Positions 29,766 through 41,254 of a DNA stretch of 64,000 nt are shown here, piece after piece. Both the position numbers and the translations under genes were made by a program. The notes beneath the pieces are model-generated. The model had not been told where the DNA came from. It did no database searches and saw only the letters and a list, made by a program, of their open reading frames with translations. Location of the stretch: the NCBI RefSeq assembly GCF_030013205.1, contig NZ_CP122648.1. The stretch is one strand, 5' to 3'. Source of the stretch: Escherichia coli. Its GTDB lineage: Bacteria > Pseudomonadota > Gammaproteobacteria > Enterobacterales > Enterobacteriaceae. How positions within the stretch are numbered: the first letter of the stretch is position 1; every line of letters begins with the position of its first letter.

Positions 29766-31301
29766 ATGGCTACATCAGTACAGACAGGTAAAGCTAAGCA
29801 GCTCACATTACTCGGATTCTTTGCCATAACGGCATCGATGGTAATGGCTGTTTATGAATACCCTACCTTCGCAACATCGGGCTTTTCATTAGTCTTCTTC
29901 CTGCTATTAGGCGGGATTTTATGGTTTATTCCCGTGGGACTTTGTGCTGCGGAAATGGCTACCGTCGACGGCTGGGAAGAAGGTGGTGTCTTCGCCTGGG
30001 TATCAAATACTCTGGGGCCGAGATGGGGATTTGCAGCGATCTCATTTGGCTATCTGCAAATCGCCATTGGTTTTATTCCGATGCTCTATTTCGTGTTAGG
30101 GGCACTCTCCTACATCCTGAAATGGCCAGCGCTGAATGAAGACCCCATTACCAAAACTATTGCAGCACTCATCATTCTTTGGGCGCTGGCATTAACGCAG
30201 TTTGGTGGCACGAAATACACGGCGCGAATTGCTAAAGTTGGCTTCTTCGCCGGTATCCTGTTACCTGCATTTATTTTGATCGCATTAGCGGCTATTTATC
30301 TGCACTCCGGTGCCCCCGTTGCTATCGAAATGGATTCGAAGACCTTCTTCCCTGACTTCTCTAAAGTGGGCACCCTGGTTGTATTTGTTGCCTTCATTTT
30401 GAGTTATATGGGGGTAGAAGCATCTGCAACCCACGTCAATGAAATGAGCAACCCAGGGCGCGACTATCCGTTGGCTATGTTATTGCTGATGGTGGCGGCA
30501 ATCTGCTTAAGCTCTGTTGGCGGTTTGTCTATTGCGATGGTCATTCCGGGTAATGAAATCAACCTCTCCGCAGGGGTAATGCAAACCTTTACCGTTCTGA
30601 TGTCCCATGTGGCACCGGAAATTGAGTGGACGGTTCGCGTGATCTCCGCACTGCTGTTGCTGGGTGTTCTGGCGGAAATCGCTTCCTGGATTGTTGGTCC
30701 TTCTCGCGGGATGTATGTCACAGCGCAGAAAAACCTGCTGCCAGCAGCATTCGCTAAAATGAACAAAAATGGCGTACCGGTAACGCTGGTCATTTCGCAG
30801 CTGGTGATTACTTCTATCGCGTTGATCATCCTCACCAATACCGGTGGCGGTAACAACATGTCCTTCCTGATCGCACTGGCGCTGACGGTGGTGATTTATC
30901 TGTGTGCTTATTTCATGCTGTTTATTGGCTACATTGTGTTGGTTCTTAAACATCCTGACTTAAAACGCACATTTAATATCCCTGGTGGTAAAGGGGTGAA
31001 ACTGGTCGTGGCTGTTGTCGGTCTGCTGACTTCAATTATGGCGTTTATTGTTTCCTTCCTGCCGCCGGATAACATCCAGGGTGACTCTACCGATATGTAT
31101 GTTGAATTACTGGTCGTGAGTTTCCTGGTGGTACTTGCCCTGCCCTTTATTCTCTATGCTGTTCATGATCGTAAAGGCAAAGGGAATACCGGCGTCACTC
31201 TGGAGCCAATCAACAGTCAGAACGCACCAAAAGGTCACTTCTTCCTGCACCCGCGTGCACGTTCACCACACTATATTGTGATGAATGACAAGAAACACTA
31301 A
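29766..31301 (+). CDS. gadC: Glutamate:GABA antiporter GadC (511 aa)
   Basis: 511-aa polytopic membrane protein of the APC type, directly downstream of gadB. Confidence 0.95.
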   Translation: MATSVQTGKAKQLTLLGFFAITASMVMAVYEYPTFATSGFSLVFFLLLGGILWFIPVGLCAAEMATVDGWEEGGVFAWVSNTLGPRWGFAAISFGYLQIAIGFIPMLYFVLGALSYILKWPALNEDPITKTIAALIILWALALTQFGGTKYTARIAKVGFFAGILLPAFILIALAAIYLHSGAPVAIEMDSKTFFPDFSKVGTLVVFVAFILSYMGVEASATHVNEMSNPGRDYPLAMLLLMVAAICLSSVGGLSIAMVIPGNEINLSAGVMQTFTVLMSHVAPEIEWTVRVISALLLLGVLAEIASWIVGPSRGMYVTAQKNLLPAAFAKMNKNGVPVTLVISQLVITSIALIILTNTGGGNNMSFLIALALTVVIYLCAYFMLFIGYIVLVLKHPDLKRTFNIPGGKGVKLVVAVVGLLTSIMAFIVSFLPPDNIQGDSTDMYVELLVVSFLVVLALPFILYAVHDRKGKGNTGVTLEPINSQNAPKGHFFLHPRARSPHYIVMNDKKH

Positions 31302-31325
31302 CCATGTCTGAATGGTTATAAGATA

Positions 31326-31355
31326 AGGGAGCGATAATTCATCGCTCCCTTTTTC
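31326..31355 (+). terminator. Rho-independent terminator of gadBC
   Basis: AGGGAGCGAT / ATCGCTCCCT stem with AATTC loop followed by TTTTTCG. Confidence 0.65.
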
Positions 31356-31431
31356 GTGCTTGCTGTCGTATTGACTTAACCGGGATAAGTACGAGAATGA
31401 GCGCACATCTGTTTACCGGAAACCAGCACAT

Positions 31432-32751
31432 ATGGATATCTGCTCCCGAAACGAGAAATTAGCGATTAGAAGACCAGCGATACTGGTTGCACTGGCACTT
31501 TTACTGTGTAGTTGTAAAAGCACGCCTCCAGAGTCCATGGTGACACCACCAGCGGGTTCAAAGCCACCAGCCACGACGCAACAATCGTCACAACCGATGC
31601 GTGGCATCTGGCTGGCTACGGTGTCTCGCCTCGACTGGCCACCGGTTTCCTCGGTTAACATTAGTAACCCCACCAGCCGGGCCCGTGTACAACAACAGGC
31701 GATGATCGACAAACTGGATCATCTGCAACGTCTCGGCATAAACACGGTCTTTTTCCAGGTCAAGCCGGACGGTACCGCCCTGTGGCCATCAAAAATTTTG
31801 CCGTGGTCCGATCTTATGACCGGAAAGATTGGTGAAAATCCAGGTTACGATCCGCTGCAATTTATGCTCGACGAAGCCCACAAGCGTGGGATGAAAGTAC
31901 ACGCCTGGTTTAACCCCTATCGCGTATCGGTTAATACGAAGCCCGGTACTATCAGGGAACTGAATAGCACTCTGTCTCAACAACCAGCGAGCGTCTATGT
32001 GCAACACCGCGACTGGATCAGAACGTCCGGCGATCGCTTTGTCCTCGACCCGGGCATCCCTGAAGTTCAGGACTGGATCACATCAATAGTCGCGGAAGTG
32101 GTTTCCCGCTATCCGGTAGATGGCGTGCAGTTTGACGACTATTTCTATACTGAGTCACCAGGTTCACGGCTAAATGATAACGAAACGTACCGCAAATACG
32201 GAGGCGCATTTGCGTCAAAAGCAGACTGGCGGCGCAACAATACTCAGCAGTTAATTGCGAAGGTATCGCACACCATTAAAAGCATTAAGCCGGAAGTCGA
32301 ATTTGGCGTTAGCCCGGCAGGCGTGTGGCGTAACCGATCACACGATCCGCTCGGTTCCGATACCCGAGGCGCGGCAGCCTATGACGAATCCTACGCTGAC
32401 ACCCGTCGATGGGTGGAACAAGGATTGCTGGATTACATTGCTCCCCAAATTTACTGGCCGTTCTCACGGAGTGCCGCACGTTATGACGTTTTGGCAAAAT
32501 GGTGGGCGGATGTCGTTAAACCGACCAGGACCCGCCTGTATATCGGTATCGCCTTCTATAAAGTGGGTGAACCTTCAAAGATAGAGCCAGACTGGATGAT
32601 TAACGGCGGCGTACCGGAACTGAAAAAGCAGCTCGATCTTAACGATGCTGTACCCGAAATTAGCGGCACCATCTTGTTCCGTGAGGACTATCTGAATAAA
32701 CCGCAGACTCAACAAGCGGTCAGCTATCTGCAAAGTCGTTGGGGCAGTTAA
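31432..32751 (+). CDS. yddW: Lipoprotein YddW, glycoside-hydrolase-like (439 aa)
   Basis: Lipobox-like N-terminus (LLLCSCKS); 439 aa; position between gadC and dosC. Confidence 0.85.
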   Translation: MDICSRNEKLAIRRPAILVALALLLCSCKSTPPESMVTPPAGSKPPATTQQSSQPMRGIWLATVSRLDWPPVSSVNISNPTSRARVQQQAMIDKLDHLQRLGINTVFFQVKPDGTALWPSKILPWSDLMTGKIGENPGYDPLQFMLDEAHKRGMKVHAWFNPYRVSVNTKPGTIRELNSTLSQQPASVYVQHRDWIRTSGDRFVLDPGIPEVQDWITSIVAEVVSRYPVDGVQFDDYFYTESPGSRLNDNETYRKYGGAFASKADWRRNNTQQLIAKVSHTIKSIKPEVEFGVSPAGVWRNRSHDPLGSDTRGAAAYDESYADTRRWVEQGLLDYIAPQIYWPFSRSAARYDVLAKWWADVVKPTRTRLYIGIAFYKVGEPSKIEPDWMINGGVPELKKQLDLNDAVPEISGTILFREDYLNKPQTQQAVSYLQSRWGS

Positions 32752-33127
32752 ATTCCCATTCTTACTTTGTAACAAGCCGGTGCTTTACCCACTGGCTTGT
32801 TACCCTCGTGAAATATCCCACTAGCAATCATGCTTACATAAGTCAAATTAACCACACAATTAACCACACTTAGTTAAACAGCCATAATTCCCCTAATAAA
32901 AATGTATGAATATGAAAAAACATACGATATTCGCTGTCACCGAAAAATAATTACGATGGGCTATACTCTTCTGAAGAACAGTAGCGTAGATTGAAACTGT
33001 CCTAAGTCGCTTATTTGTTTTCAGTATATCTTCATATTTCAGGAGAATATGGTGCAGTTAGTCGATCTCGCACGTTGCGTTTCGTTTTGATTCCGTCTGC
33101 TTTTCCAGCCTTATAAGGGTGTGAATT

Positions 33128-34510
33128 ATGGAGATGTATTTTAAAAGAATGAAAGATGAGTGGACCGGGCTTGTCGAACAAGCAGATCCGCTCATTCGTG
33201 CTAAAGCCGCGGAAATTGCCGTTGCGCATGCCCATTATCTGAGTATTGAGTTTTACCGAATTGTCCGTATCGACCCGCATGCCGAAGAATTCTTGAGTAA
33301 TGAACAAGTTGAGCGGCAGTTGAAAAGTGCGATGGAACGCTGGATTATTAACGTGCTTTCTGCCCAGGTTGACGATGTCGAAAGGCTAATACAAATCCAG
33401 CATACCGTTGCGGAAGTGCATGCCCGCATAGGAATCCCGGTAGAAATTGTCGAGATGGGGTTTCGGGTGCTGAAAAAAATCCTCTATCCAGTCATCTTCT
33501 CTTCGGATTATTCCGCCGCAGAAAAACTTCAGGTCTACCATTTCTCTATTAACAGTATTGATATCGCGATGGAAGTGATGACCCGCGCGTTTACCTTTAG
33601 TGACAGTAGTGCCTCAAAGGAAGATGAAAACTATCGTATCTTCTCGTTACTGGAAAACGCCGAAGAAGAAAAAGAACGGCAAATAGCCTCAATACTTTCA
33701 TGGGAAATAGATATTATCTATAAAGTCCTGCTGGATTCTGATTTAGGCAGTAGTTTGCCTTTAAGCCAGGCTGATTTTGGCCTGTGGTTTAACCATAAAG
33801 GTCGACATTATTTTAGCGGCATAGCCGAAGTGGGCCATATCTCCCGTTTGATTCAGGATTTCGACGGTATTTTCAATCAAACCATGCGTAACACCAGGAA
33901 TTTGAATAACAGAAGTCTGCGGGTGAAATTTTTATTACAGATAAGAAATACCGTATCGCAAATTATTACCTTGCTGCGTGAATTGTTTGAAGAAGTATCG
34001 CGCCACGAAGTCGGTATGGATGTACTGACGAAATTACTTAACCGCCGTTTCCTGCCGACTATCTTCAAACGCGAAATTGCCCATGCCAACCGGACCGGTA
34101 CATCGCTGTCAGTGCTGATTATTGACGTTGATAAATTCAAAGAGATCAACGATACGTGGGGCCATAACACTGGCGATGAAATTCTGCGTAAAGTCTCTCA
34201 GGCCTTTTATGACAACGTCCGCAGTAGTGATTATGTTTTCCGCTACGGGGGCGATGAATTTATCATTGTTTTGACTGAAGCTTCGGAAAACGAAACGTTA
34301 CGTACCGCAGAACGTATTCGCAGTCGGGTGGAGAAAACCAAACTGAAAGCCGCAAACGGCGAAGATATTGCCCTCTCACTTTCCATCGGTGCCGCCATGT
34401 TTAATGGTCATCCTGACTATGAGCGCCTCATTCAAATAGCCGATGAAGCTCTGTATATCGCCAAAAGACGAGGTAGAAACCGTGTTGAACTCTGGAAAGC
34501 CAGTCTTTAG
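33128..34510 (+). CDS. dosC: Globin-coupled sensor diguanylate cyclase DosC (460 aa)
   Basis: C-terminal GGDEF domain (RYGGDEF) after an N-terminal sensor region. Confidence 0.9.
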   Translation: MEMYFKRMKDEWTGLVEQADPLIRAKAAEIAVAHAHYLSIEFYRIVRIDPHAEEFLSNEQVERQLKSAMERWIINVLSAQVDDVERLIQIQHTVAEVHARIGIPVEIVEMGFRVLKKILYPVIFSSDYSAAEKLQVYHFSINSIDIAMEVMTRAFTFSDSSASKEDENYRIFSLLENAEEEKERQIASILSWEIDIIYKVLLDSDLGSSLPLSQADFGLWFNHKGRHYFSGIAEVGHISRLIQDFDGIFNQTMRNTRNLNNRSLRVKFLLQIRNTVSQIITLLRELFEEVSRHEVGMDVLTKLLNRRFLPTIFKREIAHANRTGTSLSVLIIDVDKFKEINDTWGHNTGDEILRKVSQAFYDNVRSSDYVFRYGGDEFIIVLTEASENETLRTAERIRSRVEKTKLKAANGEDIALSLSIGAAMFNGHPDYERLIQIADEALYIAKRRGRNRVELWKASL

Positions 34511-34534
34511 ATGCGCCAGGATGCAGAGGTAATC

Positions 34535-36934
34535 ATGAAGCTAACCGATGCGGATAATGCCGCCGATGGCATTTTTTTCCCCGCCCTTGAGCAAAATATG
34601 ATGGGCGCGGTGTTAATTAACGAAAATGATGAAGTGATGTTTTTCAACCCCGCCGCAGAGAAGCTCTGGGGGTACAAACGTGAAGAAGTTATTGGCAATA
34701 ACATTGATATGCTGATTCCGCGGGATTTGCGTCCCGCGCATCCTGAATACATCCGTCACAACCGTGAAGGCGGTAAAGCGCGCGTCGAGGGGATGAGTCG
34801 GGAGCTGCAGCTGGAGAAAAAAGACGGCAGTAAAATCTGGACCCGTTTTGCGCTATCGAAAGTGAGCGCCGAGGGGAAAGTTTATTACCTGGCGCTGGTA
34901 CGGGATGCCAGCGTAGAAATGGCGCAAAAAGAACAGACCCGACAATTGATTATTGCCGTTGACCATCTCGACCGACCAGTGATTGTCCTCGATCCGGAAC
35001 GCCATATTGTGCAGTGCAATCGTGCATTTACCGAAATGTTTGGTTACTGCATTAGCGAAGCCAGCGGTATGCAGCCCGATACACTCCTGAACATTCCAGA
35101 ATTCCCTGCTGATAACCGCATTCGTTTACAACAGTTGCTATGGAAAACCGCCCGCGATCAGGACGAATTTCTGCTGTTGACGCGCACCGGTGAAAAAATC
35201 TGGATTAAAGCCTCTATCAGCCCGGTCTATGATGTGCTCGCGCATCTGCAGAACCTGGTAATGACTTTCTCGGATATCACCGAAGAACGGAAAATCCGCC
35301 AGCTTGAAGGCAATATTCTCGCCGCCATGTGCAGCAGCCCGCCATTTCATGAAATGGGGGAAATTATTTGTCGTAACATCGAATCTGTACTCAACGAATC
35401 GCATGTTTCGCTGTTCGCGCTGCGCAACGGGATGCCGATACACTGGGCGTCATCTTCGCACGGTGCAGAAGTTCAAAATGCGCAAAGCTGGTCAGCGACC
35501 ATTCGTCAGCGTGATGGTGCGCCTGCGGGGATCCTGCAAATTAAAACCTCGTCAGGAGCAGAAACCAGCGCCTTTATCGAACGCGTGGCAGATATCAGCC
35601 AGCATATGGCCGCGCTGGCGCTGGAACAGGAAAAAAGCCGTCAGCATATTGAACAACTCATCCAATTTGATCCGATGACCGGTCTGCCAAATCGCAATAA
35701 CCTGCACAATTACCTCGATGACCTGGTCGACAAAGCCGTCTCTCCGGTGGTCTATCTCATCGGTGTTGACCATATTCAGGATGTGATTGATAGCCTTGGC
35801 TATGCGTGGGCCGATCAGGCATTGCTGGAAGTGGTCAATCGCTTTCGTGAAAAACTCAAACCGGATCAGTATCTCTGTCGTATCGAAGGTACGCAGTTTG
35901 TCCTCGTGAGCCTCGAAAACGACGTCAGTAACATTACCCAGATCGCCGATGAGCTACGGAATGTGGTCAGCAAGCCGATAATGATTGATGATAAACCATT
36001 CCCGCTTACCTTGAGTATTGGCATCAGCTACGACGTGGGTAAAAACCGCGATTACCTGCTCTCCACTGCTCACAATGCAATGGATTATATTCGCAAAAAT
36101 GGCGGTAACGGCTGGCAGTTCTTCAGCCCGGCGATGAACGAAATGGTAAAAGAGCGTTTGGTTTTAGGCGCGGCGCTGAAAGAAGCAATTAGCAATAACC
36201 AACTGAAACTGGTTTACCAGCCACAAATCTTCGCAGAAACGGGTGAACTGTACGGCATCGAAGCCCTTGCTCGCTGGCACGATCCCCTGCATGGTCATGT
36301 GCCCCCTTCACGGTTTATTCCTCTCGCAGAAGAGATCGGTGAAATCGAAAATATTGGACGCTGGGTCATCGCGGAAGCTTGCCGTCAGTTAGCAGAATGG
36401 CGTAGCCAGAATATTCATATCCCGGCGTTATCCGTTAACTTGTCGGCGTTGCACTTTCGCAGTAATCAGCTGCCTAATCAGGTGTCTGATGCAATGCACG
36501 CCTGGGGTATTGACGGCCACCAGCTGACGGTGGAAATCACGGAAAGCATGATGATGGAACACGATACCGAAATCTTTAAGCGCATTCAGATCCTGCGCGA
36601 TATGGGCGTGGGTTTATCGGTAGATGATTTTGGCACGGGCTTTTCCGGATTATCCCGCTTAGTCAGTCTTCCGGTAACGGAAATCAAAATTGACAAAAGT
36701 TTTGTCGATCGTTGTCTGACCGAAAAACGCATCCTTGCCTTACTTGAAGCCATTACCAGCATTGGGCAAAGCCTTAATTTAACCGTCGTGGCGGAAGGCG
36801 TCGAAACCAAAGAGCAATTTGAGATGCTACGCAAGATCCACTGTCGCGTTATTCAGGGATATTTATTTTCCCGCCCCCTGCCCGCCGAAGAAATTCCAGG
36901 CTGGATGAGCAGTGTGTTACCGCTGAAAATCTGA
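34535..36934 (+). CDS. dosP: Heme-regulated c-di-GMP phosphodiesterase DosP (799 aa)
   Basis: PAS region followed by degenerate GGDEF and EAL domain (EAL motif YGIEALARW); 799 aa from the internal Met. Confidence 0.9.
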   Translation: MKLTDADNAADGIFFPALEQNMMGAVLINENDEVMFFNPAAEKLWGYKREEVIGNNIDMLIPRDLRPAHPEYIRHNREGGKARVEGMSRELQLEKKDGSKIWTRFALSKVSAEGKVYYLALVRDASVEMAQKEQTRQLIIAVDHLDRPVIVLDPERHIVQCNRAFTEMFGYCISEASGMQPDTLLNIPEFPADNRIRLQQLLWKTARDQDEFLLLTRTGEKIWIKASISPVYDVLAHLQNLVMTFSDITEERKIRQLEGNILAAMCSSPPFHEMGEIICRNIESVLNESHVSLFALRNGMPIHWASSSHGAEVQNAQSWSATIRQRDGAPAGILQIKTSSGAETSAFIERVADISQHMAALALEQEKSRQHIEQLIQFDPMTGLPNRNNLHNYLDDLVDKAVSPVVYLIGVDHIQDVIDSLGYAWADQALLEVVNRFREKLKPDQYLCRIEGTQFVLVSLENDVSNITQIADELRNVVSKPIMIDDKPFPLTLSIGISYDVGKNRDYLLSTAHNAMDYIRKNGGNGWQFFSPAMNEMVKERLVLGAALKEAISNNQLKLVYQPQIFAETGELYGIEALARWHDPLHGHVPPSRFIPLAEEIGEIENIGRWVIAEACRQLAEWRSQNIHIPALSVNLSALHFRSNQLPNQVSDAMHAWGIDGHQLTVEITESMMMEHDTEIFKRIQILRDMGVGLSVDDFGTGFSGLSRLVSLPVTEIKIDKSFVDRCLTEKRILALLEAITSIGQSLNLTVVAEGVETKEQFEMLRKIHCRVIQGYLFSRPLPAEEIPGWMSSVLPLKI

Positions 36935-37191
36935 CAAATTCCTCTCGCCCGCACTCGCGGGTTTTCATTTAACGTGACACTGTCACTTAAATACTGTGAT
37001 TTCAGCTACGATTCCGGGAGATTCCTTCCTTAACTTCCCCTCTTGCACCAAAACTGCACTACGCTGCACAAATGTTGATCAAAAGTTAAAAAATATAACT
37101 TTAAGCCAGCATTCTGGCGCTTATCCCGGCATGGCATGAGATCTGCATAAGCGGAAAGCGCAGCAATTTTTGTCTTATACAGGAACTGTTT

Positions 37192-37773
37192 ATGTCGGAT
37201 ACCACCGAACTGGTTGATTTAGCCGTGATCTTCCCTGATCTGGAGATCGAACTGAAATACGCCTGCGCTGATAACATCACAGGTAAAGCTATTTATCAGC
37301 AAGCGCGTTGTCTGTTACACAAGGATGCGATTACCGCGCTGGCGAAAAGTATCAGTATCGCCCAGCTGTCAGGCTTACAACTGGTGATTTACGATGCGTA
37401 TCGCCCACAACAAGCACAGGCGATGTTGTGGCAAGCCTGCCCAGACCCGCAATATGTTGTTGATGTGGCGGTCGGTTCTAATCACAGCCGTGGCACGGCG
37501 ATCGACCTGACGCTTCGTGATGAGCACGGGAACATCCTGGATATGGGTGCAGAGTTCGATGAAATGCACGAACGTTCCCATGCTTATCACCCTTCCGTCC
37601 CGCCCGCCGCTCAGCGCAATCGGCTGTTGCTGAATGCGATTATGACTGGCGGTGGCTTTGTCGGTATCCCGAGCGAATGGTGGCACTTCGAATTACCCCA
37701 GGCAGCGAGTTACCCACTACTCGCTGATCAATTCACCTGTTTTATATCCCCTGGCACACAGCACGCCAGTTAA
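37192..37773 (+). CDS. ddpX: D-Ala-D-Ala dipeptidase DdpX (VanX homolog, 193 aa)
   Basis: 193-aa ORF with VanX-type metal-site residues (SNHSRG, EWWHFE). Confidence 0.9.
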   Translation: MSDTTELVDLAVIFPDLEIELKYACADNITGKAIYQQARCLLHKDAITALAKSISIAQLSGLQLVIYDAYRPQQAQAMLWQACPDPQYVVDVAVGSNHSRGTAIDLTLRDEHGNILDMGAEFDEMHERSHAYHPSVPPAAQRNRLLLNAIMTGGGFVGIPSEWWHFELPQAASYPLLADQFTCFISPGTQHAS

Positions 37774-37786
37774 TCAGGAAACTGTC

Positions 37787-39337
37787 ATGAAGAGATCGAT
37801 ATCGTTTCGTCCTACATTGCTCGCGATCGTCCTTGCCACAACAATGCCGGTTGCGCACGCCGCCGTACCGAAAGATATGCTGGTGATCGGTAAAGCTGCC
37901 GACCCACAAACCCTCGACCCGGCGGTAACAATTGATAATAACGACTGGACAGTGACCTACCCGTCTTATCAGCGACTGGTTCAGTACAAAACGGACGGTG
38001 ATAAAGGCTCAACCGACGTTGAAGGCGATCTGGCTAGTAGCTGGAAAGCGTCTGACGATCAAAAAGAGTGGACGTTCACCCTGAAGGACAATGCTAAATT
38101 TGCCGATGGCACACCTGTCACTGCCGAAGCAGTAAAACTCTCTTTTGAGCGGTTACTAAAAATCGGCCAGGGGCCAGCAGAAGCATTTCCCAAAGATTTA
38201 AAGATTGATGCTCCCGACGAACATACAGTGAGGTTTACCCTTAGCCAGCCATTCGCACCGTTCCTCTACACGCTGGCGAATGACGGTGCATCCATTATCA
38301 ATCCGGCGGTCTTAAAGGAGCATGCGGCGGATGATGCCCGTGGTTTCCTCGCGCAAAATACCGCTGGCTCCGGACCGTTTATGCTGAAAAGCTGGCAAAA
38401 AGGTCAGCAATTAGTTCTGGTGCCAAATCCGCATTACCCCGGCAATAAACCGAATTTCAAACGGGTATCGGTAAAAATTATCGGTGAAAGTGCTTCCCGT
38501 CGCCTGCAGCTCTCCCGTGGCGACATTGACATTGCCGATGCGCTGCCGGTGGATCAACTCAACGCACTGAAGCAGGAAAACAAAGTCAATGTGGCAGAGT
38601 ATCCGTCACTGCGCGTCACCTATCTGTATCTGAATAACAGCAAAGCGCCACTTAATCAGGCGGATCTGCGTCGGGCCATTTCCTGGTCTACCGATTATCA
38701 GGGTATGGTTAACGGCATTCTGAGTGGTAACGGAAAACAAATGCGCGGCCCGATTCCGGAAGGCATGTGGGGATACGATGCGACGGCAATGCAATACAAC
38801 CATGACGAAACGAAAGCCAAAGCCGAATGGGATAAAGTGACGAGCAAACCCACCAGCCTGACGTTTCTCTATTCTGATAATGATCCGAACTGGGAGCCCA
38901 TTGCTCTGGCGACACAATCCAGTCTCAACAAGCTGGGCATCAATGTGAAGCTGGAAAAACTGGCGAACGCCACCATGCGCGACAGAGTGGGTAAAGGTGA
39001 TTACGACATCGCGATTGGCAACTGGAGTCCGGATTTTGCCGACCCGTATATGTTTATGAATTACTGGTTTGAGTCAGACAAAAAAGGTCTGCCGGGTAAC
39101 CGCTCGTTCTATGAAAACAGTGAGGTCGATAAGTTACTGCGCAATGCGCTAGCGACCACCGACCAGACGCAGCGTACCCGGGACTACCAGCAGGCACAGA
39201 AAATCGTCATTGATGACGCTGCTTATGTGTACCTGTTCCAGAAAAACTACCAACTGGCGATGAACAAAGAGGTGAAAGGCTTTGTGTTCAATCCCATGCT
39301 GGAACAGGTCTTCAATATCAATACCATGAGTAAATAA
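37787..39337 (+). CDS. ddpA: D,D-dipeptide ABC transporter periplasmic binding protein DdpA (516 aa)
   Basis: Signal peptide from the internal Met (MKRSISFRPTLLAIVLATTMPVAHA); family-5 solute-binding protein length. Confidence 0.9.
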   Translation: MKRSISFRPTLLAIVLATTMPVAHAAVPKDMLVIGKAADPQTLDPAVTIDNNDWTVTYPSYQRLVQYKTDGDKGSTDVEGDLASSWKASDDQKEWTFTLKDNAKFADGTPVTAEAVKLSFERLLKIGQGPAEAFPKDLKIDAPDEHTVRFTLSQPFAPFLYTLANDGASIINPAVLKEHAADDARGFLAQNTAGSGPFMLKSWQKGQQLVLVPNPHYPGNKPNFKRVSVKIIGESASRRLQLSRGDIDIADALPVDQLNALKQENKVNVAEYPSLRVTYLYLNNSKAPLNQADLRRAISWSTDYQGMVNGILSGNGKQMRGPIPEGMWGYDATAMQYNHDETKAKAEWDKVTSKPTSLTFLYSDNDPNWEPIALATQSSLNKLGINVKLEKLANATMRDRVGKGDYDIAIGNWSPDFADPYMFMNYWFESDKKGLPGNRSFYENSEVDKLLRNALATTDQTQRTRDYQQAQKIVIDDAAYVYLFQKNYQLAMNKEVKGFVFNPMLEQVFNINTMSK

Positions 39338-39338
39338 C

Positions 39339-40361
39339 GTGACCTTCTGGAGTATTTTACGCCAACGCTGCTGGGGGCTGGTGCTCGTGGTGGCGGGCGT
39401 CTGTGTGATTACGTTTATTATCTCGCACCTGATCCCCGGCGATCCGGCGCGGTTACTGGCGGGTGACCGCGCCAGCGATGCTATCGTGGATAATATTCGC
39501 CAGCAACTGGGACTGGACCAGCCACTGTACGTACAGTTTTACCGCTACGTCAGCGACCTGTTTCAGGGTGACCTGGGAACATCCATTCGTACCGGGCGTC
39601 CGGTGCTGGAAGAGTTGCGCATATTTTTCCCGGCGACGCTGGAACTGGCTTTTTGTGCCCTGCTGCTGGCACTCCTGATTGGCATCCCGCTGGGCATACT
39701 CTCTGCAGTCTGGCGAAATCGCTGGCTGGATCATCTGGTGCGAATAATGGCCATTACCGGAATCTCCACACCTGCGTTCTGGCTTGGGCTGGGCGTCATT
39801 GTGCTGTTTTATGGTCATCTGCAAATTCTTCCCGGCGGCGGAAGGCTTGATGACTGGCTGGATCCACCAACGCACGTTACCGGCTTTTATCTGCTCGATG
39901 CGCTGCTTGAAGGTAACGGTGAAGTCTTCTTCAATGCGCTGCAACATCTCATCTTACCGGCATTAACGCTGGCGTTCGTTCACCTGGGGATTGTCGCTCG
40001 CCAGATCCGCTCAGCTATGCTGGAACAATTGAGTGAAGACTACATTCGTACCGCCCGGGCCAGCGGCTTGCCCGGCTGGTATATCGTTTTATGTTATGCG
40101 CTACCCAATGCGTTGATCCCCTCGATTACCGTATTGGGACTGGCGTTGGGCGATTTGTTGTATGGCGCAGTGCTCACCGAAACCGTTTTTGCCTGGCCCG
40201 GAATGGGTGCATGGGTAGTAACATCAATACAGGCGCTCGACTTCCCGGCAGTGATGGGCTTTGCCGTCGTGGTTTCATTTGCTTATGTGCTGGTGAACCT
40301 GGTGGTGGATTTGCTCTATTTGTGGATTGATCCGCGTATCGGACGTGGAGGTGGTGAATGA
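39339..40361 (+). CDS. ddpB: D,D-dipeptide ABC transporter permease DdpB (340 aa)
   Basis: GTG start 1 nt after the ddpA stop; polytopic membrane protein. Confidence 0.9.
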   Translation: MTFWSILRQRCWGLVLVVAGVCVITFIISHLIPGDPARLLAGDRASDAIVDNIRQQLGLDQPLYVQFYRYVSDLFQGDLGTSIRTGRPVLEELRIFFPATLELAFCALLLALLIGIPLGILSAVWRNRWLDHLVRIMAITGISTPAFWLGLGVIVLFYGHLQILPGGGRLDDWLDPPTHVTGFYLLDALLEGNGEVFFNALQHLILPALTLAFVHLGIVARQIRSAMLEQLSEDYIRTARASGLPGWYIVLCYALPNALIPSITVLGLALGDLLYGAVLTETVFAWPGMGAWVVTSIQALDFPAVMGFAVVVSFAYVLVNLVVDLLYLWIDPRIGRGGGE

Positions 40362-41254
40362 TGCTAAGCGAGGAAACGTCCGCCGTACGCCCACCAAAAC
40401 AAACGCGATTTAACGGTGCAAAACTGGTATGGATGCTGAAAGGCAGCCCGCTTACCGTGACCGGCGCAGTCATCATTGTATTAATGCTACTGATGATGAT
40501 TTTTTCACCGTGGCTGGCGACGCATGATCCCAACGCCATTGATTTAACCGCCCGCCTTTTGCCGCCTTCTGCGGCGCACTGGTTTGGCACCGATGAAGTG
40601 GGACGCGATCTGTTTAGCCGCGTACTGGTCGGCAGTCAGCAATCAATTCTCGCCGGATTAGTGGTAGTCGCCATTGCAGGTATGATGGGGTCGCTACTCG
40701 GGTGTCTATCCGGTGTGCTTGGCGGACGCGCAGACGCGATTATCATGCGCATCATGGACATTATGCTGTCGATTCCTTCGCTGGTGCTGACAATGGCACT
40801 GGCAGCCGCTCTCGGGCCGAGTTTGTTTAACGCCATGCTGGCGATTGCTATTGTGCGAATTCCCTTTTATGTGCGCCTGGCGCGGGGGCAAACATTAGTT
40901 GTTCGCCAGTATACCTATGTTCAGGCGGCGAAAACCTTTGGTGCGTCACGCTGGCATCTGATCAACTGGCATATTTTACGTAACTCCCTGCCGCCGCTGA
41001 TTGTGCAGGCATCGCTGGATATCGGTAGCGCGATTTTAATGGCCGCCACGTTGGGATTTATTGGCCTGGGTGCTCAACAACCGAGTGCTGAATGGGGGGC
41101 GATGGTGGCGAATGGTCGCAACTATGTACTCGATCAGTGGTGGTATTGCGCATTTCCGGGGGCAGCGATTTTGCTTACCGCCGTCGGGTTTAATCTCTTT
41201 GGTGATGGTATTCGCGATCTGCTTGACCCGAAAGCAGGAGGAAAGCAGTCATGA
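40358..41254 (+). CDS. ddpC: D,D-dipeptide ABC transporter permease DdpC (298 aa)
   Basis: ATGA start/stop overlap with ddpB; membrane permease. Confidence 0.9.
   Translation: MMLSEETSAVRPPKQTRFNGAKLVWMLKGSPLTVTGAVIIVLMLLMMIFSPWLATHDPNAIDLTARLLPPSAAHWFGTDEVGRDLFSRVLVGSQQSILAGLVVVAIAGMMGSLLGCLSGVLGGRADAIIMRIMDIMLSIPSLVLTMALAAALGPSLFNAMLAIAIVRIPFYVRLARGQTLVVRQYTYVQAAKTFGASRWHLINWHILRNSLPPLIVQASLDIGSAILMAATLGFIGLGAQQPSAEWGAMVANGRNYVLDQWWYCAFPGAAILLTAVGFNLFGDGIRDLLDPKAGGKQS

Noticed and set aside
37652-37786. Extended N-terminus of the ddpA ORF overlapping ddpX
   Set aside because: The signal peptide begins at the internal Met (37787) just after the ddpX stop; the upstream extension is read-through of the ddpX 3' end in another frame.
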